This document shows, one piece after another, positions 22,579-32,995 of a stretch of 64,000 nucleotides of DNA. Position numbers and translations under genes: made by a program. The DNA is from Angustibacter luteus (GTDB lineage Bacteria; Actinomycetota; Actinomycetes; Actinomycetales; Angustibacteraceae): assembly GCF_039541115.1 (NCBI RefSeq), contig NZ_BAABFP010000005.1, positions 434,001 to 498,000 of the forward strand, read 5' to 3'. Each line of letters starts with the position of its first letter. Position 1 is the first letter of the stretch. The notes under the pieces are model-generated. The model saw only the letters and a list, made by a program, of their open reading frames with translations, searched no databases and was not told where the DNA came from.

Positions 22579-23351
22579 CCGACGAGCCGACGTCCGAGCC
22601 GACGTCCGAGCCGACGTCCGAGCCGACCAGCCGCTGGGTCCGGCTGGCCCGGGCCCTGCACCCGCGCACCACGCGTGCTCAGGTCCTGGCCGCCGTGCTG
22701 GTGGCCTCGCTCGGGTTCGCCCTGGTGGCCCAGATCAGCCAGCGTGACGACCAGCGGCTGACCGGGCTCCGGCAGAGCGAGCTCGTGCAGATCCTCGACA
22801 ACATCGGGGACCGGCGAGACCGGCTGGCGGACGAGCAGTCCGACCTCGAGGCCGAGCAGCGTCAGCTCTCGTCGGGTGCCAGCGGAGCCCAGGCCGCGAT
22901 CGAGGCGGCCCGCGAGCGGCTGGACACCCTGGGCATCCTCGCCGGCACCGTGGGAGCCGAGGGCACCGGAGTCGAGGTGTTCATCAGCGACCCCAAGGGC
23001 TCCGTGCGTGCGGCCCAGGTGCTCGACCTGGTCGAGGAGCTGCGCGACGCCGGCGCGGAGGCCATCCAGATCGGGGACACGCGCGTCGTGGCGTCCACGG
23101 CGTTCACCGACGTGCCCGGTGGCATCGCTGTCGCCGGCGTCCGGCAGAGCCCGCCGTACACCGTGCTGGCGATCGGCGACAGCCAGACCATGTCGACCGC
23201 GCTGGAGATCCCGGGCGGGGTCATCGCTAGCCTTCCCGAGGACGCTCGCGGGACGGTCGCCGAGAAGGAGGACGTCCGCGTCACGGCGTTGCTGGCCGTT
23301 CCGACGCGCCGATACGCTCAGCCCGCGGACCCGGCCACCCCCAGCAAGTGA
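22575..23351 (+). CDS. DUF881 family protein
   Basis: ELRDAGAEAIQI, PPY.V.AIG, L.IPGGV. Confidence 0.9.
   Translation: MTDEPTSEPTSEPTSEPTSRWVRLARALHPRTTRAQVLAAVLVASLGFALVAQISQRDDQRLTGLRQSELVQILDNIGDRRDRLADEQSDLEAEQRQLSSGASGAQAAIEAARERLDTLGILAGTVGAEGTGVEVFISDPKGSVRAAQVLDLVEELRDAGAEAIQIGDTRVVASTAFTDVPGGIAVAGVRQSPPYTVLAIGDSQTMSTALEIPGGVIASLPEDARGTVAEKEDVRVTALLAVPTRRYAQPADPATPSK
22584..22628 (+). repeat. 12-bp coding tandem repeat (EPTS)x4
   Basis: gagccgacgtcc x3 plus gagccgacc. Confidence 0.9.
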
Positions 23352-23396
23352 TCCGGCCCGACCACCCGACCACCGCCCGGCAGAACGCGAGGAACC

Positions 23397-23786
23397 ATGA
23401 GCGGCAACGACTTCCCGGATGACCTGCGCTACACCCCCGAGCACGAGTGGGTGCGCACGTCCGAGGACGGCACCATCCGGGTGGGGATCACCTCCTTCGC
23501 CCAGGAGGCCCTGGGTGACGTCGTGTTCGTGACGCTGCCCGAGATCGGCGCTGCGGTTGCTGCGGGCGAGGCGTGCGGTGAGGTCGAGTCCACGAAGAGC
23601 GTCAGTGACATCTACCCGCCGGTGGCCGGCACGGTGACCGCCCGCAACGAGGCCCTTGACGCGACCCCCGAGCTGGTGAACTCCGACCCGTACGGCGAGG
23701 GCTGGATGCTCGAGCTCGAGGTCGCCGACGCGGGCGCTCTCGACGGCCTGCTGGACGCCGAGGCCTACCGCGCCCAGCTCGGCTAG
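23397..23786 (+). CDS. gcvH: glycine cleavage system H protein
   Basis: HEWV, lipoyl motif EVESTKSVSD, NSDPYGEGW. Confidence 0.97.
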   Translation: MSGNDFPDDLRYTPEHEWVRTSEDGTIRVGITSFAQEALGDVVFVTLPEIGAAVAAGEACGEVESTKSVSDIYPPVAGTVTARNEALDATPELVNSDPYGEGWMLELEVADAGALDGLLDAEAYRAQLG

Positions 23787-23835
23787 CCACCGGCCGGCTG
23801 TCGTTTCAGCCGCACGGGTGGAACTGGGCAGCCTG

Positions 23836-23852
23836 ACCCTGCGGTGGAGGGT
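23836..23852. promoter_or_regulatory. ACCCT-N7-AGGGT palindrome (MerR/FtsR-type operator candidate)
   Basis: accct gcggtgg agggt; same spacing repeated at 25750. Confidence 0.55.
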
Positions 23853-23935
23853 TGGACTGTGGCAGGCTGGACCCTTGTCGGCTCCCGTCGCCTGCGACGT
23901 CGGGGGCCCCGTCGTTCACCTGAGGGAGACCTGTC

Positions 23936-24445
23936 ATGACTGACGACCAGGACCGGCCGGACCAGGACCAGCCGGGCCAGGACGAGCCCCGCCAGGACGA
24001 CGCCACGGCCGTCCCCGGGCGGGAGGACCCGTCAGCCACGACCATGCACCTGTCCGCCATCGGCAGCACCGAGGTGGGCGAGCCGGCCGACAGCTCCGAC
24101 GGTCCCGCGGCGATCGACCCGGGTATCGTCGCGGCGCTGCGCGGAGGTACCGCGCTGCTGCGGGTTGACCGCGGCCCGAACGCGGGCTCCCGCTTCCTGC
24201 TCGACGGCGACTCGACGACGGTCGGGCGGCACCCGTCCAGTGACATCTTCCTGGACGACGTCACCGTCTCGCGCCGACACGCGGAGTTCGTCCGTGAGGG
24301 CACCGTGTTCTCGGTCCGGGACGTCGGCAGCCTGAACGGCACCTACGTCAACGGCCAGCGGATCGACTCGTCCCCGCTGGCCACCGGTGACGAGGTCCAG
24401 GTCGGCAAGTTCCGGCTGGTCGTGATGCTGGGTGAAGCAGGGTGA
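23936..24445 (+). CDS. garA: FHA domain protein (GarA/OdhI-like)
   Basis: GRHPSSDIFLDDVTVSRRHAEF, GSLNGTYVN; gcvH-garA-MerR synteny. Confidence 0.85.
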   Translation: MTDDQDRPDQDQPGQDEPRQDDATAVPGREDPSATTMHLSAIGSTEVGEPADSSDGPAAIDPGIVAALRGGTALLRVDRGPNAGSRFLLDGDSTTVGRHPSSDIFLDDVTVSRRHAEFVREGTVFSVRDVGSLNGTYVNGQRIDSSPLATGDEVQVGKFRLVVMLGEAG

Positions 24446-25185
24446 GCCCTGCGGTCAACCGCCGCGAATCGGCCATGAGCATCGGCGAGGTCATCGCCCT
24501 GCTCAGTCCGGACTTCCCTGACGTCAGCATCTCCAAGATCCGGCTGTGGGAGAGCGAGGGGCTCGTCGAGCCTGCCCGCACGCCGTCCGGCTACCGCAAG
24601 TTCAGCCACCAGGACGTCGAGCGGCTGCGGTACGCCATGACGTTGCAGCGCGACCGGTTCTGGCCGCTGCGCAAGATCCGGGACCATCTCGACGCGGTGT
24701 CCCGCGGAGCGGAAGAGCTCGTCAACGGTGCGAGTGGCCCGCGGATGGCCCCGCCGGCCGCCGGCGAGCGCGCCGCCGACACCGATGGAGCGCAGGCGCT
24801 GCGCGGCAACGGCCCCGTCCGGCTCTCCGCCGCCGAGCTGTGCACGCGGGCGCGGATCGACCCCGAGGAGCTGGACGCGCTGGTCGGCTTCGGGCTGCTG
24901 CAGCCCAGCGGATCGGGCTGGTACGACGCCAACGCGCTGGCCATCGCCAGCGCCGCCGCCGAGCTGTCCGGCTTCGGGATCCAGGCCCGCCACCTGCGCG
25001 CCTTCCGCACGGCAGCGGACCGCGAGGTCGGTCTGGTCGAGCAGGTGGTCAGCCCCCTGCGCGGCGGTCACGGCGCGAACTCCCGGGCGCGCGCGGACGA
25101 CACGGCCCAGGAGATCACCGCGGTGGCCCTGCGCCTGCACGCGGCCCTGGTGCGGGCCGGGCTGGTCCGCGCCGGACTCGGCTGA
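24442..25185 (+). CDS. ftsR: MerR family regulator (FtsR/Rv1828-like)
   Basis: MSIGEV..L..DFPDVSISKIR.WE.EGL..P.RTPSGYRKF; synteny. Confidence 0.8.
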   Translation: MSPAVNRRESAMSIGEVIALLSPDFPDVSISKIRLWESEGLVEPARTPSGYRKFSHQDVERLRYAMTLQRDRFWPLRKIRDHLDAVSRGAEELVNGASGPRMAPPAAGERAADTDGAQALRGNGPVRLSAAELCTRARIDPEELDALVGFGLLQPSGSGWYDANALAIASAAAELSGFGIQARHLRAFRTAADREVGLVEQVVSPLRGGHGANSRARADDTAQEITAVALRLHAALVRAGLVRAGLG

Positions 25186-25230
25186 CACGGCGTCCACGCC
25201 CGTGGTTCACCCGCGGGGTACGGTGAGCGG

Positions 25231-25734
25231 GTGCGAGAGCTCGAGGTCGTCGGAGTCCGGGTCGAACTGCCCAACAACCAACCGATCGTCCTGCTGCGGG
25301 AGAGCGGCGGTGACCTCTACCTGCCCATCTGGATCGGCGCCGCGGAGGCCACCGCGATCGCCTACGCCCAGCAGGGCGTCGTCCCGCCGCGGCCGCTGAC
25401 CCACGACCTGTTCAAGGACGTGCTGGAGGCGCTGGGGCACCAGCTCGAGGAGGTTCGCATCGTCGCGGTGCGGGACGGGGTCTTCTACGCCTCCCTGGTG
25501 TTCGACGGGGGAGTGGAGGTCAGCTCCCGCTCGTCGGACGCCATCGCGCTGGCCCTGCGCACCGGCACCCGCATCGTCGGCGCCGACGAGGTGCTGGACG
25601 ACGAGGGCGTGCCGGTTCCGGACGAGCAGGAGGACGAGGTCGAGAAGTTCCGGGAGTTCCTGGACCAGATCTCGGCGGACGACTTCGAGGCCCCGGGCGG
25701 GCCGGCCGAGGCGAGCGGCCCCGACCAGCCCTGA
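25231..25734 (+). CDS. bifunctional nuclease (DUF151) family
   Basis: LPIWIGAAEA, PRPLTHDL, SDAIALAL. Confidence 0.92.
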   Translation: MRELEVVGVRVELPNNQPIVLLRESGGDLYLPIWIGAAEATAIAYAQQGVVPPRPLTHDLFKDVLEALGHQLEEVRIVAVRDGVFYASLVFDGGVEVSSRSSDAIALALRTGTRIVGADEVLDDEGVPVPDEQEDEVEKFREFLDQISADDFEAPGGPAEASGPDQP

Positions 25735-25749
25735 CGTGACCTGAGGGCA

Positions 25750-25840
25750 ACCCTCGACTAGAGGGTGAGACTTGCGGCGACACGCCGGTGAGCGTGAACC
25801 TGCCCCTGTCGTTGACGTCGAGCAGTGGGCGACCTACCGT
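25750..25840 (+). promoter_or_regulatory. promoter of the second MerR gene with upstream palindrome
   Basis: ACCCT-N7-AGGGT 25750-25766; GACACGCC 25779; TTGACG 25812 -17 bp- TACCGT 25835. Confidence 0.7.
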
Positions 25841-25941
25841 CAGAGGTCGAACGCCCTGTCTGTAGTTCCATGGTTGTGGTCCCGTCGAGGATCCGGCGCC
25901 GGAGCGACTTCCCCCGCAGGGCGCCGATCGAGGAGGTTCGC

Positions 25942-26529
25942 GTGAACGGCACTGGCGACGCCACGGACAAGCCGGCTCGCCGGGTGCCCGAGCAGGCGCA
26001 GGGTCTGCTGTTCACGGACGACCTGCCGGTGCTGCCGGTCGACGCGGGCTACCGCGGGCCCACGGCGTGCGGCGCGGCCGGGATCACGTACCGCCAGCTG
26101 GACTACTGGGCCCGCACCGGGCTCGTCGAGCCTTCCGTCCGGGGGGCTAGCGGGTCGGGCAGCCAGCGGCTGTACAGCTTCCGCGACATCCTCGTGCTGA
26201 AGATCGTCAAGCGACTGCTCGACACCGGCGTCTCGCTGCAGCAGATCCGTATCGCGGTCGAGCACCTGCGCGAGCGCGGTGTCGACGACCTGGCGCAGAT
26301 CACGCTGATGAGCGACGGCGCGAGCGTCTACGAGTGCACGTCCGCCGACGAGGTCATCGACCTGGTGCAGGGCGGGCAGGGAGTGTTCGGCATCGCGGTG
26401 GGCCGGGTCTGGCGCGAGGTCGAGGGCGAGCTGGCCCAGCTGCCGAGCGAGCGGCCCGACGACACCACGCCTGTGGTGGAGCACCCGGGCGACGAGCTCT
26501 CGGCACGCCGCAAGCACCGCGCTGGCTGA
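25942..26529 (+). CDS. MerR family regulator (Rv1830/McdR-like)
   Basis: GYRGPTAC..AGITYRQLDYWART, GSGSQRLYSF.D. Confidence 0.9.
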   Translation: MNGTGDATDKPARRVPEQAQGLLFTDDLPVLPVDAGYRGPTACGAAGITYRQLDYWARTGLVEPSVRGASGSGSQRLYSFRDILVLKIVKRLLDTGVSLQQIRIAVEHLRERGVDDLAQITLMSDGASVYECTSADEVIDLVQGGQGVFGIAVGRVWREVEGELAQLPSERPDDTTPVVEHPGDELSARRKHRAG

Positions 26530-26569
26530 GCCGGCTCGGAACTCGTATATCCTGACGGGGCTTTCGACC

Positions 26570-26696
26570 CTGCGTGGGAGAGTCCCCGGTGCACGCAGCC
26601 GGGGCGCCGAAGGGGCAATTCTCCCCGGAACCTCTCAGGCGACCAGGACCACGCGGACGAGGCAGCTCTGAAGCGCTCACGCGTGACAGAGGGGGA
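26570..26696 (+). ncRNA. glycine riboswitch (single aptamer plus downstream ghost stem)
   Basis: GGGAGAG..CGCCGAAGGGGCAA..AACCTCTCAGG..GGACC then CTCTG..GACAGAG; directly upstream of gcvP. Confidence 0.92.
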
Positions 26697-26749
26697 GGTC
26701 CCCGCGTCATCCCCGGTGTCCCGCGCCGGCCCACGTCAGGAGCCTCCAC

Positions 26750-29635
<2,886 letters not shown>

Positions 29636-29646
29636 CAGCCAGCGGA

Positions 29647-29725
29647 GCGAACGGGCCGGAACCCCGAAGGCGCGCGTCAGAGCGAGCTTGCGAGCAGCGC
29701 GCCGCAGGGGTCCCGACCCGTTCGC
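29647..29725 (+). repeat. REP-like cruciform element, copy 1
   Basis: palindromic outer stem; 59-bp core is 56/59 identical to the reverse complement of 30561-30619. Confidence 0.85.
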
Positions 29726-29738
29726 GGGACTCGGCCGA

Positions 29739-30440
29739 CTACTTGACCGAGCCGAATGCCGCCTTGCCGAACGCGGCGCTGAAACCGTTGGCCCACAAGG
29801 CGTCGACCTGCGACGACTCGGTGCCGTTCGGGTACGGGTTGGTGCACGACGGGCCGGGGCCGCCGCCGGACATCAGCTCGCTGCACGGGCCGCTGTAGTG
29901 GTCCGGCAGACCCAGGTCGTGCCCGGTCTCGTGTGCGACGATGCGCAGCGGGTCGTACTGGGTCGCCTGGTCGTAGTCGATCAGGATGTACCCGTTCCCG
30001 TGGCCGTCGCCGCTGTAGTAGGACCCGGAGGGGTCGCTGCCCTCGTAGTACGTGAGGTTCGCGGGCGAGCCTGGCTGCAGTCGCACGTTGCTGACGCTGG
30101 AGTTCCAGATCGAGGCCGCCTGGGAGATCTCTGAGGCGAAGGACGGCGCCTGCGACGCGTCGTAGGTGACGATCGTCGTCGCCAACGCGTTCGTGCCCTT
30201 GCCCTGCTGCTGCTTCAACGCCGCGTCGAGCTGCTTGCGCAGCTGCGCGTTCAGGGCGTCGTCGCGACTGCCGGGCGTGTAGCCCTGGGTGGTCGCCGAC
30301 GAGTTCGTCGATCCCGCGGGCTGCGCTGGTGAGGCGGCGGAGCTCCCGGCTGATGGCGTGGTGGCCACGAGCGCGGAGGCCGCGGCAACGCCGACGGCAG
30401 CAGTGAGGATCCGTGCCCGAGCCGTGGTGCGGATGGTCAT
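29739..30440 (-). CDS. snpA: snapalysin-type zinc endopeptidase (M7), acidic paralog
   Basis: signal and propeptide, [37 protein letters not shown]. Confidence 0.9.
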   Translation of the reverse strand: MTIRTTARARILTAAVGVAAASALVATTPSAGSSAASPAQPAGSTNSSATTQGYTPGSRDDALNAQLRKQLDAALKQQQGKGTNALATTIVTYDASQAPSFASEISQAASIWNSSVSNVRLQPGSPANLTYYEGSDPSGSYYSGDGHGNGYILIDYDQATQYDPLRIVAHETGHDLGLPDHYSGPCSELMSGGGPGPSCTNPYPNGTESSQVDALWANGFSAAFGKAAFGSVK

Positions 30441-30554
30441 ACATGTCCCTCCGACAGGCTTGGGACGGGCTTTCCGTCCCCCTCCTTCCTATCGGACAAA
30501 TCGGGCGTTAACCCCAAAAGCCGGTCAAGGATTGTTCAAGTCTGTCGGGGTTCG

Positions 30555-30625
30555 GTGGTGCGGGACCCCTGCGGCGCGCTGCTCGCAAGCTCGCTTTGAC
30601 GCGCTCCTTCGGGGTCCCGCACCAC
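30555..30625 (-). repeat. REP-like cruciform element, copy 2 (inverted)
   Basis: 15-bp perfect outer stem gtggtgcgggacccc / ggggtcccgcaccac around the same core. Confidence 0.85.
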
Positions 30626-30660
30626 GGCTTCATGCTGTCCCGCCCGCCCGGGGCTGGGGG

Positions 30661-31383
30661 TCAGCGGGCTCCGGCGTGGGTCGGCGTGGCCGGGGCGAAG
30701 GCGGCCGAGGCGTCGTAGGCCGCGATGCCGTAGCGCCAGATCGTGTTCACCCGGGAGCGCTCGGTCGCGTTCGGGTAGGCGTTGGTGCACGACGGGCCGG
30801 GGCCGCCGCCGGACATCAGCTCGCTGCAAGGGCCGCTGTAGTGGTCCGGGAGGCCGAGGGCGTGCCCGGTCTCGTGGGCGATGATGCGCAGCGGGCTGTA
30901 CTGCTGGGCCTGCCGGTAGTCGATCAACATGTAGCCACTGCCGTGCCCGTTCCCGCTGTAGTACGAGCCGCGCGAGTCGTTGCCCTCGTAGTACCGCAGG
31001 CTGGCCGAGCTCCTCGCGACCAGACGCACGTTGGTCACGCTGGAGTTCCAGATCGAGGCGGCCTGGTTGATCGTGGACCGGAAGGACGGTGCTTGCGAGG
31101 CGTCGTAGTAGACCGTCGTGACGGCGAGCGAGGTTGCGGAACCCTTCGACTGCCGCTTCAGGGCCGCGCTGAGCTGGGCCGTGAGTTTGGCGTTCTGGGC
31201 GTCGTCACGGCTGCCCGGCGTGTAGCCCTGGGTTGAACCGGACCCAGCAGAACCGGATCCCGCGGTGCTGGGTGCCGCTGCGGTGCTTCCGGTCGCGGGC
31301 GTCGTGGCGATGAGCGCCGCAGCCGCGGCAAAGGCGGCCCCAGCGGTCAGGAACCGCTTTCGGGCCTGGGGACGTACAGACAT
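30661..31383 (-). CDS. snpA: snapalysin-type zinc endopeptidase (M7), basic paralog
   Basis: same motifs: [29 protein letters not shown]. Confidence 0.9.
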   Translation of the reverse strand: MSVRPQARKRFLTAGAAFAAAAALIATTPATGSTAAAPSTAGSGSAGSGSTQGYTPGSRDDAQNAKLTAQLSAALKRQSKGSATSLAVTTVYYDASQAPSFRSTINQAASIWNSSVTNVRLVARSSASLRYYEGNDSRGSYYSGNGHGSGYMLIDYRQAQQYSPLRIIAHETGHALGLPDHYSGPCSELMSGGGPGPSCTNAYPNATERSRVNTIWRYGIAAYDASAAFAPATPTHAGAR

Positions 31384-31497
31384 GGCTGATCCTCCGGATG
31401 GTGAGCCTGGGCGGGGTTTCCGTCCGGCTCCTTCCTACCGAAGGAAAGGGACAAAGAGGTCTAATCAGGCGTCAAGGATCAGTCAAGGTCCACCGGC

Positions 31498-32070
31498 TCA
31501 CGGCACCGGGAAGTGCGGGGGAGCGCCTTCTCCGGTCGTACCGTCCACGTCCTCGCGCAGCAGGTCGGCGTGCCCCGTGTGGCGGGCATACTCCTCGATC
31601 ATGTCGGCGAGCAGCCGGCGCAGGCTCATCCCGTCGGGGGTCGTCTGCTCGAGCCCACCTCGGGCGAGCGCCTCCGAGAGCGCCTCCCGGGAGCGGTGCA
31701 CGGTGTCGACCCACAGCGCACGCAGGTCATCCGGAGCGTCGTCGGCCGCCGAGGTCCACGCCCAGTCCTCCCAGTCCCCGTCGAGGTCCAGCTGGTCGAA
31801 GGGCGCCATGGACGGGCGACCGGCGAGCCGGTTCTGGAAGTAGAGCTCCTCGACCCAGGCCAGGTGCTTCAGCAGGCCCCCCAACGTCACTGATGACGCA
31901 CCGAGCCGCCGACCCATCCCCTCGGCGTCCACGTCGGCACACTTCCACGCGAACGTGATCCGGTCGCGTTCCAGGGTGATCAGCGCCGTAGCAAGCTCGT
32001 CGCCGCGCAGGAAGGACTCGACGTCCCACTCGGGTGGCCGACCGGGCGTGAAGCCGAAGGTGCTCGTCAT
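31498..32070 (-). CDS. DinB/DUF664 family protein
   Basis: TLGGLLKHLAWVE, MIEEYARHTGHADLLRE.VDG.TG. Confidence 0.9.
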   Translation of the reverse strand: MTSTFGFTPGRPPEWDVESFLRGDELATALITLERDRITFAWKCADVDAEGMGRRLGASSVTLGGLLKHLAWVEELYFQNRLAGRPSMAPFDQLDLDGDWEDWAWTSAADDAPDDLRALWVDTVHRSREALSEALARGGLEQTTPDGMSLRRLLADMIEEYARHTGHADLLREDVDGTTGEGAPPHFPVP

Positions 32071-32186
32071 ACGGGCACCTTAAGGAAGCTTCCGGACGAT
32101 CGGCGTCCGCAACCGCCCAGCCGTCGACCGCAATGGCCGATAAGCAGTTGCCGCGACGGTGCCAACCCTGGACCGTGACGGGCGTG

Positions 32187-32972
32187 ATGAGTCGAACCGA
32201 CCTGCTGGCCGCCTACGACGCGCAGCTGCGCACCGATGCCGAGACCCCGAGTGCGACGTCCGTGGTTCGGCTCGGTCCGCTGCGGCTCGTGACCTTCGCT
32301 GGCGGACGTGGATTCATCACGTACCGGGACCTGGAGGGGCAGGACGCCGACGGGATCCGGCGGCTCGTCGCCGACGCCCTGGCGCACTACGAGGGGGAGC
32401 CCGACATCCGCCGCGTGGAGTGGAAGACCCGAGGCCACGACCACGCGCCCGGGCTGCACGAAGCGTTGCTGGACCACGGTTTCGTCCCGGACGAGCCCGA
32501 GTCCATCATGCTGGGCGAGGCACGTCTGCTTGCCGTCGACGTGACGCCTCCCGAGGGGGTGACGCTTCGCCAGGTGAGCGAGGAGGGCGACGTCCGCGCG
32601 ATGAGTGCGATGGCCGACGAGGTCTTCGGCGACCCGGTCTCGGACGACATGGCGGACGCGTTGCTGCGGCGCCTGTCGATGCGGGACGGCATGGAGCTGT
32701 GGGTGGCCGAGAGCCAGGGGCAGATCGTCAGCGCCGGCCGGCTGGAGCCCGTCGCCGGCAGCGACTTCGCCGGGATCTGGGGTGGGGCCACGCGCCCGCA
32801 GTGGCGTGGTCGAGGGATCTACCGGGCCTTGACCGCGGCACGGGCCAGGTCCGCGCTAGCCCTGGGCAAGACGCTGATCAACAGCGACTCGACGGACTAC
32901 TCGCGGCCCATCCTCGAGCGCTCCGGCCTGGTGAAGGTGTCGACCACCACGCCCTACGAGTGGCAGCGCTGA
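32187..32972 (+). CDS. GNAT acetyltransferase
   Basis: GGATRPQWRGRGIYRAL, SRPILER.G. Confidence 0.88.
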   Translation: MSRTDLLAAYDAQLRTDAETPSATSVVRLGPLRLVTFAGGRGFITYRDLEGQDADGIRRLVADALAHYEGEPDIRRVEWKTRGHDHAPGLHEALLDHGFVPDEPESIMLGEARLLAVDVTPPEGVTLRQVSEEGDVRAMSAMADEVFGDPVSDDMADALLRRLSMRDGMELWVAESQGQIVSAGRLEPVAGSDFAGIWGGATRPQWRGRGIYRALTAARARSALALGKTLINSDSTDYSRPILERSGLVKVSTTTPYEWQR

Positions 32973-32995
32973 GCAGGTGCTCGGGACGGGGCAGG

